Shown piece by piece: positions 26,009-39,262 of a stretch of DNA of 64,000 nt. The notes beneath the pieces are model-generated. The model worked only from the letters and a program-made list of their open reading frames with translations. It searched no databases and was not told where the DNA came from. The stretch is from contig NC_043007.1 in the NCBI RefSeq assembly GCF_006345805.1, positions 558,001 to 622,000 of the forward strand. The letters are read 5' to 3'. The DNA comes from Octopus sinensis. Taxonomy: Eukaryota. Within the stretch, counting starts at the first letter, position 1. Each line of letters opens with the position of its first letter. The translations under genes and the position numbers were made by a program.

Positions 26009-26397
26009 GGCGTAGGAGTGGCTGTGGGGTAAGTAGCTTGCTTACCAACCACATGGTTCTGGGTTCAGTCCCACCTTGGGTAAGTGTCTTATACTATAGC
26101 CTCGGGCAGACCAAAGCCTTGTGAGTGGATTTGGTAGACGGAAACTGAAAGAAGCCCGTCGTATATATGTATATATTTGTATGTGTGTATATGTTTGTGT
26201 GTCTGTGTTTGTCCCCCCAACATCGCTTGACAACCGATGCTGGTGTGTTTATGTCTCCGTAATTTAGCGGTTCGGCAAATGAGACCGATAGAATAAGTAC
26301 TAGGCTTCCAAAGAATAAGTCCTGGGGTAGATGTGCTCGACTAAAGGCGGTGCTCCAGCATGGCCACATTCAAATGACTGAAACAAGTAAAAGAGTA
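26009..26397 (+). mobile_element. SINE family C, full length
   Basis: Head ggcgtaggagtggctgtg..gtaagtagcttgcttaccaaccacatggttctgggttcagtcccac; tail gactgaaacaagtaaaagag. Confidence 0.88.
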
Positions 26398-26649
26398 TCG
26401 AAATGTATTTTATAAAATGTATTTTATAAAACAGGAAATTATAGGCTAAGTTTCAACTAGATATAATCTTTAGCCAGAATAAAATCTCTGAACTGCTGGA
26501 TATCAGGACTCCAACCTCCTAGAAATGCCAACCAAATCTTAAAAGAAGAATATGGCATTCAATAATGTAGTAATACATAAAAGTAGTCTATAGAAGGATA
26601 ATTTGCGATCTATACTCTACCTGTTATTTTTACCTAACAACTTCTCAAA

Positions 26650-26942
26650 TAATTCTTTTCTAGTCTAGGCAAAATGCCTGAAATTTTTGGGGGAGAAGGC
26701 CAGTCGATTAGATCGACCCAAGTACGCAAGTGGTACTTAATTCATCGACCCAGAAACGATGAAAGGCAAAGTCGACGTCGGCGGAATTTGGACTCAGAAC
26801 GTAATGACAGACGAAATACCTATTTCTTTACTACCCACAAGGGGCTAAACATAGAGAGGACAAACAAGGACAGGCAAACGGATTAAGTCGATTGTATCGA
26901 CCCCAGTGCGTAACTGGTACTTATTTTCTGCCAGCTCGCCGC
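26650..26942 (-). mobile_element. SINE A dimer with internal deletion
   Basis: Contains junction gaaatacctatttc; the body joins directly to ttctgccagctcgcc (head). Confidence 0.8.
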
Positions 26943-27136
26943 TTTAACTACTGAGCTTTAACTACTTCGTGATTGTGAGCTCGACGCTTTAACTACTGAG
27001 CCATGCTTCTTCAAACAGGCGTCAAAATCTATAATTAATTGGGAAGGTTATAAACGTGATACGTGCTCAGAGAATTTTAAAATCCATTTCAAATTGCTCG
27101 TGTCGTTAGGTGTCATGTCTGAAATTGTCAACACGT

Positions 27137-27520
27137 GGAAGCACTCCGTCGGTTACGACGATGAGGGTTCCGGTTGATCCGAATCAACGGAACAGCCTGC
27201 TCGTGAAGTTAACGTGTAAGTGGCTGAGCAAACCACAGACACGTGTACCCTTAACGTAGTTCACGGGGATATTCAGCGTGACACAGAGAGTGACAAGGCC
27301 GGCCCCTTGAAATACAGGTACAACAGAAACAGGAAGTAAGAGTGAGAGAAAGTTGTAGTGAAAGAGTACAGCAGGGATCACCACCATCACCTGCCGGAGC
27401 CTCGTGGAGCTTTAGGTGTTTTCGCTCAATAAACACCCACAACGCCCGGTCTGGGAATCGAAACCGCGATCCTATGACCGCGAGTCCGCTGTCCTAACCA
27501 CTGGGCAATTGCGCCTCCAC
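27137..27520 (-). mobile_element. tRNA(Arg)-like SINE family D (tail Y), full length
   Basis: The reverse-strand head is gtggaggcgcaattgcccagtggttagg.cagcggactcgcggtcataggatcgcggtttcgattccc (TCG at the anticodon position). The TSD is tgtcaacacgt (27126-27136) / tgtcaacgcgt (27521-27531). Confidence 0.88.
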
Positions 27521-27773
27521 TGTCAACGCGTATTTATAATACTTCATCACATTGAATGCCATTTTGTGAAAATTCTATTGTTTTTTGGAGATTTTGAAAC
27601 TTGATCTCGCAATTGTTTTCTGCGTACAGGAATAAAGTTACAACTCAGAAACTGTTAGATGTTCTGCAGTATTATGTTTTACCAGGAATGTTAATCGCAA
27701 GACATCTCTGTATGTCATACAGAATGATAAAACTGACTCTTAGTGTCTGACGTTCAATTATTCATTGAATATC

Positions 27774-28364
27774 TATTTCTTTACTACCCACAAGGGGCTA
27801 AACACAGAGAGGACAAACAAGGTCAGACAAACGGATTAAGTCGATGATATCGACTCCAGTGCGAAACTGGTACTGAATTTATCGACCCCGAAAGGATAAA
27901 AGACAAAGTCGACCTCGGCGGAATTTGAACTCAGAACGTAGCAACGGGCGAAATACCTATTTCATTTACTACCCACAAGGGGCTACAAACAGAGAGGACA
28001 AACAAGGACAGACAAACGGATTAAGTCGATGATATCGACTCCAGTGCGAAACTGGTACTGAATTTATCGACCCCGAAAGGATAAAAGACAAAGTCGACCT
28101 CGGCGGAATTTGAACTCAGAACGTAGCAACGGGCGAAATACCTATTTCTTTACTACCCACAAGGGGCTACAAACAGAGAGGACAAACAAGGACAGACAAA
28201 CGGATTAAGTCGACTATATCGACCCCAGTGCGTAACTGGTACTTATTTGATCGACCCCGAAATGTTGAAAGGCAAAGTCGACCTCCTCGGAATTTGAACT
28301 CAGAATGTAGCGGCAGACGAAATACTACTAAGCATTTCGCTCACGATTCTGCCAGCTCGCCACC
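27774..28364 (-). mobile_element. SINE A trimer (head + 3 x 184-185 bp)
   Basis: Units start at 27774, 27958 and 28143. A perfect 16-bp TSD ttattcattgaatatc lies at 27758-27773 and 28365-28380. Confidence 0.9.
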
Positions 28365-28540
28365 TTATTCATTGAATATCGTTACCTCTCTAGGCTACCA
28401 TGTTGAATCACTGTTGAATTGTGCAAAACGACAAAAGAAACGAGGCTTTAATACACATTACAAACAATCAGGCTTTTTTAGTTTATATGACCTTATGGCT
28501 TTCTTTATGACAGATTTGAACATTACTTAAAATCATTATA

Positions 28541-28704
28541 CTGTTGTGTCTGGGGAGAGTCATTTTCTTCTTGTGCTTTATAATATAACACACTCACCGG
28601 TAAAATTTCCACTTTTTTCTTATTTTTATTTTCCTAAAATTTTACCGGTGATTGCGTTATATTATAAGGCACAAAAAGAAAATGACTTTCCCCAGACACA
28701 TCAG
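28541..28704. mobile_element. foldback MITE, 68-bp TIRs (Tc1/mariner-like?)
   Basis: The arms 28541-28608 and 28637-28704 are reverse complements with 6 mismatches and a 28-bp spacer. The left flank is TA and the right flank AA. Confidence 0.7.
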
Positions 28705-29289
28705 AATGTGCTTCAACACACGAACTCATATAAAGAATCTTGCAAACCAAATCCCAAAATGAAATATTAAAATCATTACTTCTATCCATAATTTCTAACA
28801 AATAATGATGGATCGCAACAATTACGTGAGTTGACTAGGAAAAGCTTAGTAAAGATAGCAACGTCCTATAATGGGTCCCTAGAGGTTATATGGATTTTTA
28901 GGTCCTTAGTTATATGGATGCATGTTTCCTTAGAGGATTGTATGGGTCCTTAGAGAATTCGCGATTGTTTTTCTTTATGTTCTCACCTTTGTAAATATAT
29001 TTTCCTATTTTTCGATGGTGAATTCCCTATGTTTATTGGTATTTTCTAATTTAGTATTTTCGTCTTCATCGAATACATTTCGTTTCCTTGAAAAAAAAAT
29101 ATCATAAGATAAATCTTCCATGTAAAATTAGAACAATGCATTAACGTTTGTAGAGCCAGCGTCAACGGAACCAACAACGTTTAGTTTCCTTATCTGTATG
29201 GTTCATTCACACAGCGAATACATTGTACTTGAGTAGAAAATCATTCGAAATTATTTGGACAGAGTTGTGACAGAAGGAAAAATATCAAA

Positions 29290-30455
29290 CTTCACTTGTG
29301 TTGCTTGGACTTCCTCCAAAATATGTTGAATACTGTTTATAACATCTGTTTTTTTTTATCAATATATATTTGTTGCAAAAATCAGCCAAACGAACGGCAT
29401 TATCACATTTTGCTTGAGCAATTTGCCTGTGCAAACATTTTTTCGTAGTTAGTAGGCTTTGAATGTTGCGATTATTCCTTGGTCTATTGGTTTTAATAAT
29501 GATGTCATATTTAGAAAAAAAATGGATGACATTTACATTTTCACACAAATGATCAGGTGCAGTTGGATGACCAGAAGATGTTATCTAAAATTATTAATGT
29601 GTTAAATGCAATACTTCTTCGTTTACAATTATTTCTCAACAGTTTACCAAAAAAAGTAGAAAACCATTCTTCGTAAAAAAAAAAAAAAATTGGTCGACAA
29701 TTCTTTTATTGGCTCGCCAAAATATTGGAAGTGATCGATAGTTGCATTTCTTTCTTAATGAATGGCGTTTTGTTTAACGACCGGTTTTAATTTGAAATCT
29801 CCGTCCGCAGTCCCTCGAGATACAAGAATTAAACAATTTCTTGCAGACACTTTGGGATTTTTTTTTTTTTTTCGCTTTTAAGAAATATAAATTCTTGGAG
29901 GCATTTTTTCCAAAATAATCCAGTTTGGCCTCAGGTTCTTCAGTATATTCTTTTATTCAAGTATTTTCTTCAAAGTACCCTCCCACACACACACACATAG
30001 ACAAAGATACTTTGTGGCAGTCTCTTTATAATCACTGGCTGACTTTCCCCTTTTCTTTACATTACGCAGCCGAATTCTGTCCTTAAATTTTCCAAATCAC
30101 CCAACACTTGCATTAAATATCCCTTCAGTGCTGTTTTGAATGCCATTATTTTTCACGGTTGTAAATAGACTCAAAGCCTTTGCTTTTATTGTAGCTTCGA
30201 AAACAGGAATTCATTTTTGATTATATTCTTCAATTCACACAGCATTTCTATCAAGGCAACGCTGTTATGTATTTTTGTTGTTTGCAACTAAAATATACAG
30301 AAGCAAAAATATATAAACTGCAGCTAATTTACCTTTCTCTTTTATTTCAGCTGCATGTTGTATTATATTTTGGGGAAACGATTCCCTCGCACAAAGATAT
30401 CTGCAAATTTCCGAATTATTATCGCCAAGTGTTTGATGTTCTAGAACAAACATTC
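29290..30455 (-). pseudogene. decayed Tigger/pogo transposase (HTH + DDE)
   Basis: Minus-strand pieces across frameshifts: AAEIKEKGK; IKAKALSLF...FNASVG*FGKFKDR (CENP-B-type HTH); TGLFWKK; GDFKLKP; LPIFWRANK; EEWFSTFF...LIILDN..GHP; NMTSLLKPIDQGIIATFKAY. Confidence 0.8.
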
Positions 30456-31414
30456 AAATTTTGCTACACTGTTAATAGTCTCTTGGCTATTTTTTTGCAG
30501 TAAAGGCATTCATAGTACAAATACATTTTTGTATTTTCCCTATTTACTGAAGGCGGTTTATATAAAATAGCATTACCAGTCGTATATGCAAATGCATACA
30601 TAACTGCAGCACGTTATCGCATGACGACAGCCAAATGTATACGGATTGTTGAGTCACAGGATAAAAGATTTTCATTTTAGCGTACTAAACGAAAACTAGT
30701 ATCATTTTCGAATTCGTACAGAGTGTAATTTGTACTAGTTTGAATCCCGATGGACTGAATCATGGCGGTACTTCTTGACTGGAAGAGCAAAATCAACTAA
30801 AATCATAATTATAATTCACCTCATCGAATAAGAACTTCTCGCTTTTGGTTACTGGTGGAGATCATGTCCAGCTTTTTCGTATTCCATTTTGTTTTAATTG
30901 CTTGTATGTACAGATATTTGTTCGCAAATACACACCGATCAATGTGTATTTATGTAATACTATTTATTTGTGAACATGCGCCTACGACTCTTATTCGTCG
31001 CTGGATTCTTTGTATAAATGTACATCAAACAAAAACTTGTAAAGATCTCTTCATCTTTAAGTGGTACTTTCAATATGCTGTAAACCAAATTCGCAAATCT
31101 TGAAAGAGAGATATTCGTATGTAAATGCATGATTTTTCTATGTCGTTGGAGTGATTGCTATCTCTGTCAGTTATTTTTTCTCTAAAGAGATTAGAGATTG
31201 CCATCGTTCCTCTCTATAGCCTCTAGACCATTACTAATGCGTTGGCAACACAAAAAGACAGGAATATATTTTGTGACTACACGAATGATTTGTCAATGGA
31301 ATTCTGACTGGGACTTTGCAATAAATATGAGACGCTCTGAGGATCTGTTTATGCCGTTTCATTGTGTTAAACACCACTAAATACATAGCAATTGCTTGAA
31401 TTCAGAGGGCGTTT

Positions 31415-31468
31415 ATGTATGCGTATGTGTGTGTGTGTAGGCAAATTTAACATAGATTGATATATATA

Positions 31469-31552
<84 letters not shown>

Positions 31553-31902
31553 CATGCATCCACTCACTTACACATACACACGCACACTTATGTACTGATA
31601 AGAGCACGGACACATGCATACTAATGGCTTGTCGAATATACTTACATTGTGAATATGTATATTAAATAGACAAAATATAATCAACATAACACACACACAC
31701 ACGCATATATATGTATGTATATATATATATATATATATATTTATACGTATGTGTGTTTATATTTATTTCTTTGTCACGTATCTTTACTTATCTTTTTATC
31801 TATTTTGATGAATAGAATTTGATTGATGAATAGACAGTATATACATCGGAAACTGATTACTATTTACTTTGTAAGATAAACAATATGATGTATATCAATA
31901 TG

Positions 31903-31945
<43 letters not shown>

Positions 31946-31962
31946 CATATATATATATACAT

Positions 31963-32035
<73 letters not shown>

Positions 32036-32070
32036 ATATATATATGTATGTATGATGTATGTATGTGTAT
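31415..32070. repeat. (TG)/(TA)/(GA) microsatellite cluster
   Basis: Direct reading. Confidence 0.85.
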
Positions 32071-32936
32071 GCACAGCGAGCTGACAAATTCAAACTGAGA
32101 AAATATATAAAAAATTTCTGGATTTCATCAATCATATATTAAACTCTGTCTACATATGTTTTCTTTCATCGAATACGTGATGATTAAAATTGATTAACAG
32201 GTGAATCTGTCTAGACGAAGACAATATACCTCTTCAAATATAGCTGTGAGCAATGGCAATAAGACTCAATGTTAAAGAGTTAGCGCTTGAAGAAAATATC
32301 TCAAATAAAGGTTAATTGGAGAAAATATACATAATAATTCATATTAAATTATATTACTATTATGGCTGTAAGTTATTTTGAAACTATTTGTAGTGACAAA
32401 TGACGGCACCACCCATTGCTTTATCATCATCCTGCTGAATTTTAGATATAAACACTTTGAGTAATGTTAATGGTATTATTGCCATATAAGCAAACTTTTA
32501 AATCAGTACAAATTTGATTTTGACATATTTGACCAGCAATGAGGACATTTGTACGTAGATGATTTCTACTGATTTGCTATTAGAAAGCATTAGCTTTCAA
32601 GTTCATCTCCGGGTTGCTTCCCTTGTCGTATCTGGCACTGATGATAGGCTTGTACTAGAAATACGTCTACTAGAGAAGGCTTTGAGATGACTGATGGCGG
32701 TTAAACTTTTGTTATTTCATATGAGAACTTTCTCCACGGAAAACCGGAGTAAATAGGTCGTTTTTTTTTGCAGTACATATACGTCACAAATATTTTTCGA
32801 CAGATTTAAAATACCGCATTTCATGCCTACCAACGACAATTGTTATAATTCATATGAGGTGGGCGATGAAAATTTATGCATGAAATATTTTGACTGAAAT
32901 ATTTTTGAAATATTTTGACATTTTCATGTCATTTAA

Positions 32937-32937
32937 A

Positions 32938-33012
<75 letters not shown>

Positions 33013-33018
33013 TATTAT
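32937..33018. repeat. (TTA)n microsatellite
   Basis: Direct reading; forms the 3' flank of the R4-like element. Confidence 0.95.
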
Positions 33019-33657
33019 ATGTTTGCCTTTCGCTTTGTATTTTTACAAGTTGGCTCCAAGTCTCATCCACAGATCTCAAGCGACAAGTTGGAAGTTCATG
33101 TTGGTGTCATGCCTAGGGGGCGATATATTGGTTTTGTTCTAGAGAAAGTTTAATAAGCTATAAGAAAATTATGTGTTTGTTTTAAAATTTGAGATTATAT
33201 AGAAAGTATTTTACGTAGGATATGGGCCGTTCCCATGAGCACCATCTTTTGAATTTCTGCCATTCTGGGGTTTCTTGGTATCTGAGTTAGGTAGCAATCA
33301 AACCATTTTGCTATCATTCCTAGGGCACCTATGACAACAGGTATTGTTTTAGTCTTCAGGTTCCGCATTTTGCTGATTTCTATTTCAACATCTTTATATT
33401 TGCACAGATTTTGGTAGGTCTTAACAGATACGTTTATATCGATTCGGACAGTCATATCAATGAGGAGGCATGATTTTCGTCTGAAGTCTTTGAGTATAAT
33501 GTCTGGCTTATTTGCATTTATCTTTCTGTCAGTTTGAATGGTAAAGTTCCAGACGAGTGAGATGTGATCATTTTCAAGCACTACGGGTGGTTTGTGTTCC
33601 CACCATTTTTTTTATCATGGGTCAGGTCCAGGTTTTTGCAAATTTACACAGTGAATA
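33019..33657 (-). mobile_element. 5'-truncated R4/Dong-like non-LTR retrotransposon (RLE domain + 3' UTR)
   Basis: ORF 33195-33581 reads LENDHISLVWNFTIQTDRKINANKPDII...LLIDMT...KY...PVVIGALG (PD-D-K type endonuclease). It is preceded across indels by IH..ICKNLDL..KWWEHKPP. (TAA)n lies on both sides. Confidence 0.82.
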
Positions 33658-33671
33658 TATTATTATTATTA

Positions 33672-33726
<55 letters not shown>

Positions 33727-33932
33727 CCCTTTCCTGCGATTGCTTTTTTTCTACAGCCTTCATTTGTTGTTTTATGAGTTTATAGTAGAAAGTATCATCT
33801 TCTCCACTATCATTATCGTACAATGCATAGCTTATTGCTGTTATTGTCGTCGTCGTCGTTGTCATCATTATCATTATCACCATTACTATTATTATTATCA
33901 TCATCATCATCAACATTATTATTATTATATTA

Positions 33933-33973
<41 letters not shown>

Positions 33974-34029
33974 TCATCATCATCATCATCATCATTATCG
34001 TCATCATCATCAACACCATTATTATTATT

Positions 34030-34064
<35 letters not shown>

Positions 34065-34179
34065 TATTATCCTTATCATTATCATTATCATCATCATTAT
34101 CATCATCATCATTATTATTATTATTATTATTGTTGTTGGTGTTATTGTTATTATTATTATTACTATTATTATTATCATT

Positions 34180-34214
<35 letters not shown>

Positions 34215-34393
34215 TATTATTATTATTATTATTAATATTATTATTATTATATTATTATTATTATTATTATTATTACTATTACATAGAATATAATTAATAA
34301 TAAAGTAGTATAAATCAATATGAATGATAATGAAAATGATAATGGTATGAAGAACAACAACAGCAACAACTGCAACCGCAGCACTACAAACAG

Positions 34394-34454
<61 letters not shown>

Positions 34455-35066
34455 TCAGAACGGAGTACACATATTTGCAAACTTTACATCTACCACTGTG
34501 TCCCACTCTATTATTGTAGGAAAAATAAGAGGGAGAAAGAAAGAAAGAATTATGCATATTAGTGACTGCCTCCGATGACTACTCCTCCACCACGCCACGC
34601 CACGCTGCGTCACGCCACGCCTCTGCTCCACGCCGCATATCCATTTGTGAAAGCCGGAATAATTAAAATGGACAAACATACCCAGTAATATTCCAACGGG
34701 AGAAGAATCGATTGCCGAAATATTTATAGTTATAAAGTAACCTTCAGAAAATTGTTCGGATAAATTTAAAATGTCAATTTATATAAGCAGCAGCAACCTA
34801 TGCAGTGGCGGCAGCAGCAATGGCGGCAACAGCAAACACAATGTTGCCAGGAGTGCTGCAGCAGTTGGTTCGGTATATGATTTAGTAATAGTAGTAGTAG
34901 TAGTAGTAGTAGTATAGCAGTAGTAGTATTAGTGCTAGTAATATTATTATTAGTAGTAGTAATAGTAGTAGTAGTAATAGTAGCTGCAACAGCAGCAGTT
35001 GTAATACTAGTAGAGGTAATAGTATTAGTGGTGGTAAAAGTGGTGGTGGTTGTGGTGGCGAAGGTG

Positions 35067-35098
<32 letters not shown>

Positions 35099-35885
35099 TG
35101 CAGCAACAGAAGCAGCAGCAGAGGCAGTTGTAGTACTAGTAGTAGTAGTAGTAGCAGTGGTGATGGTGTTGGTGGTGGTGTTGGTAATGGTGGTGGCAGT
35201 GGTGCTTGTAGTGGTAGTAGCAGCAGCAGTATTAGTAGTATTAGTAGTAGTAGTTATAATAGTAGAAGTAATTATCGTAGTAATAGTAGTAATGGTAGGA
35301 TAAATAGTAGCTGAAGTGGTAGTAGTAGTAGGTGTAGTAGTAGCGATAGTAGAATTAGTAGGGGAAATAACAGCGACATATTGTCCTTTGTCATCATTTG
35401 CCCTGGTGGCAAATAAAAGATATCAACATCATCATCATCATCGTCATCATCATCATCAAATTCATCACCCTCACCATCATTATCATCATCATCATCACCC
35501 TCACCATCAAAAACACCCTTACCATCATCATCATCATCATTACCCTCACCATCATTATCACCATCATCATCATCATCATCACCCTCACCATCATTATCAT
35601 CATCATCATCATCATCACCCTCACCATCATTATCATCATCATCATCATCACCATCATCACTCTCACCATCATTATCATCATCGTCGTCATCATCACGATC
35701 ACAATCATCCTCATCCTCATCACCCCCCCACTACCCCCACCATCACCATTACCATCATCATCATTATCCCGATCACGATCATCTGTATATTCCTCCTCCT
35801 CCACCTCGTCCTCCTCCTCATCATCCTCATCACCCCCACCACCACTATCATAATCCCCATTGTCATCATCATCATCATTATTATT
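33658..35885. repeat. trinucleotide repeat block (TTA, TCA, GCA, GTA, GTG) with short unique inserts
   Basis: Direct reading. Confidence 0.92.
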
Positions 35886-35886
35886 A

Positions 35887-36066
35887 AAGGCGGTGAACTG
35901 GCAGAATCGTTAGCACGCTGATCATTATGCTTAGCGGCATTTCGTCCATCTCTAAGTTCTGGTTTCAAATTCCACCGTGGTCGACTTTGCATTTCATCCT
36001 TTCGGGTTTGATAAAATAAGTAGCAGTTACGAACTGGTGTCAATATAATCGACCTTCAAAATTTCC
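35887..36066 (+). mobile_element. SINE A monomer (diverged)
   Basis: aaggcggtgaactggcagaatcgttagcac...gtcgactttgcatttcatcctttcggg. Confidence 0.75.
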
Positions 36067-36765
36067 ACTAACAATAAGTTCAAGGTAGAAATCACCAGGT
36101 GCTTTCATAGCAAGCTGATGCAGGTAATTTATCCCATGCCCATCTGGCTGTCAGTTCACGCAATTCAAAAAAACCGAATTATCTTTGGGATGACTCAATA
36201 TATATATATTTTTTTCCTATGTATGGTGACTTTTGAATCACCCTGTACATTACGCAATATGTCGATAACAGTACTGATATCTCTTGGCATAGAGACTTTA
36301 AGAAAACAGAAGTACACACACACACACAACACACACACACACACACAACAACACACACACACACACTCACACGCTTTTACACAAGACGAATCCAGCGATC
36401 TTAAACTTTTCAAAGCATATTTCTAAACAAATACATGACCGCGTTTCATTTTTTTTCAATTAATTTTGAAAATAATCAAGAATTCGTAGGGGTTTAGTAA
36501 AATAATTAACTTTTTCTTTAAATTAGTGACTGGGAGATAACTGATTAAAAAACAAAATTGCATAAAATGATGATAGAAAGATTTAATTAAAACATGGACA
36601 CTTAAAAAAATTAATTAGAGAATTTCTTTCTGTCACAAGACTAAAAGTATTTTCAGATGTTTTAGCATCGAAAGTTCTGAGAAGATTATGACGAGAGAAA
36701 ATATATTAGTTAAGGGCGACTTAAATGCCACTAAAGTGCACAGCACCACCATTTCTGTAACGTAT

Positions 36766-37184
36766 AATACCTATTTCTTTACTACACACAAGGGGCTAAA
36801 CACAGAGGGGACACACAAGGACAAACAAACGGATTAAGTCAATTATATCGACCCCAGTGCGTAACTGGTACTTATTTAATCGACCCCGAAAGGATGAAAG
36901 GCAAAGTCGACCTCGGCAGAATTTGAACTGAGAACGTAAAGACAGACGAAATACCTATTTCTTTACTACCCACAAGGGGCTAAACACAGAGAGGACAAAC
37001 AAGGACAGACAAACGGATTAAGTCGATTATATGGACCCCAGTACGTAACTGGTCCCTAATTTATCCACCCCGAAAGGATGAAAGGCAAAGTCGACCTTGG
37101 CAGAATTTGAACTCAGAACGTAGCGGCAAAGAAAATACCGCTAAGCCTTTCGCCCGGCGTGCTAACGTTTCTGCCAGCTCGCCT
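36766..37184 (-). mobile_element. SINE A dimer
   Basis: Two body units joined at gaaatacctatttc; the head is at 37135-37184. Confidence 0.85.
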
Positions 37185-37544
37185 ATATGTAGGCGTGGAA
37201 AGATTTTCGAAGAAGGCAAAACTCTCATCGCACCTTGTCACCGATGTTTATCTAAGAGGGAAGTCACCGACTTCGGCCGATACAACTTGGTACCATTGTC
37301 ATCACGAGTGTTGATATCAGAAGACAATGGCCGGAACGAATAGTTCAAAGCATTTTGCTTACGTCTATAACAATTCTGTGACTCCACCGTCCTGGATTGG
37401 TTTACCAATAACGTCCTAATAATATATGAAGTCGAGCCTTTATAATATGATAAAGGATAAAACCTCATTCTAGACTACCACCAGCGAATAAATCTGCTTT
37501 GATGATACACTATTGTATTTTCAGTAGGTGCTGTATGGCTGAAT

Positions 37545-37690
37545 GAGGAGTTCGATTTCCTGGTCATGAGATTCCGGTGTTCAACCTGCCACGTAGTATC
37601 TTGGGTAAATGTTATTTTCTCTATCCTTGAGTCGACCTGTATCTTGTGAGTGAACTTGAAGAGAAGGAAACTGTACTGAAGCTCATCGGG
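37545..37690 (+). mobile_element. old SINE C-like 5' part
   Basis: gctgtatgg...ggtgttcaacctgccacgtagtatcttgggtaaatg...cttgtgagtgaacttg. Confidence 0.45.
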
Positions 37691-38149
37691 TGAATCGTAC
37701 ATTTAATTCAAAAGGAACAATTCACTCGGTAGAATGCTCAGTTACTTTAACGTTAATTCAGGAGCAGGTAACTCAGTCGGTCGAACAACTGAATCTTTAT
37801 AGCCAAACAACAAAGGTCCACCACTACGGCCGTTTCACGTTCAGATATGAAAAGAACATTTTATCGCTTTGTCAAAAGAAAATGCAACACTTCTCGCTCT
37901 TTTCAGAGACTCTGAGTATGGAGGGGGTGTCTACGAAGTAGACCTAAATCGACCATTTGACCAACCTCTCTGCTAAACATACACAAGAAGTACGTGGCGA
38001 TGGTGGTGATGTTATTTTAAATGGTGCGACGGTTTAACAACCACCCAACAGGGCCACATCAGGATTTCAAATCAGAAGGAAAAGTGCCGGATCAAGTGCC
38101 GCAATGCATACTATCCGATGCACTTATGATTCTTAATCCCACCAGTATA

Positions 38150-38295
38150 CCATTATGACAGATATTTTATCTATTGACTCCAAGATGACGTAAGACAAAG
38201 TCAACCTCTCGGCGGAAAATTGAAACCGGAAGAAGCCGGAATGAAATCATTCCACAAAGCATTTCCTTCGAAGCTCTAACGACACTGTCAAATCG
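38150..38295 (-). mobile_element. old SINE A-like copy
   Basis: caaagtcaacctctcggcggaaaattgaaacc...gctctaacgacactgtca. Confidence 0.45.
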
Positions 38296-38811
38296 AAATG
38301 GGATAGAAAAATATTTGTAAATATTAAATAGAGAAATTCATAGAGTGTGTCATTCAAAACTTAGACACGTTTACATAATGTTATTGTTGATGTTCGCAGA
38401 GGATTTTCGTCGCTTTCGACGATGAAATTTCAATTCGATCAACTGATTTATCTGCTCCTGAATTACAGCATACGTCACAGAGCATTCAACAGACGCGTGT
38501 TTATGTAACGTACCTCATTAGCAGAAACAGCGTGGCACAGCTTATGACAAGAGCTGTACCTGTCGATTTACATGCACAATCCGCTCGATGGGATTCAATA
38601 TAGCTTTTCACTAACACGTTTCACTTACAGATTAAGGGCCGAATTACGCTATAGAAAACATAAGTGGCGCTAGTTCTCAGACATTGGAATCGAACACGTG
38701 TATCCGTGATTGCATCGCCGACTTCTTAGCCATTGGCCATACTATACCCAGATATACATACAAAAAATATACTTCACCCCCCCCCCACTACACACACACT
38801 GATATATGTAT

Positions 38812-38852
<41 letters not shown>

Positions 38853-39082
38853 TAGGGAATAAATCCAAACTTACAGGGAAAAATCAGCCATGAAACGATC
38901 GTAGTGTTATACTAATTATCTTTTTTCAATAATTTTGATATATATTTAAAATAATATACATAATTAATCTTATGTATTGGCTTAAGTTTTTCATTGTATG
39001 ATTTGCCTAATAGTGGTTTTATCTCTAATTTAATATTATATATATATTATATATATATAATGTATGTATATATATACATGAA

Positions 39083-39262
39083 ACTTAGATAAAAACAGAT
39101 ATGTTGCGACCAAAGATTGGTCCAGGCCATTTGTAACTTAACAGCACCACCTGATAGGATTATCTAAATCCTTTTAAGTCAAGTTTTGTTTATGGTCCAT
39201 TGAAGTAGTGAGTTCTTGTTGAGTGAGTTGTATCCAGGTATGAGTGGCTTATCTGATATTCC
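39083..39262 (-). mobile_element. 3' end of the second CR1 family (homologous to 18635-18835)
   Basis: The reverse strand reads cagataagccac...tggatacaactcactcaacaagaactcactactt...aatcctatcaggtggtgct...atggcctggaccaatctttggtcg. Confidence 0.85.

Noticed and set aside
27430-27520. tRNA-Arg(TCG) gene (also similar heads at 3650-3723, 38668-38742 and 57720-57807)
   Set aside because: The acceptor stem is imperfect, and the head continues into a multi-copy SINE body bounded by a TSD.
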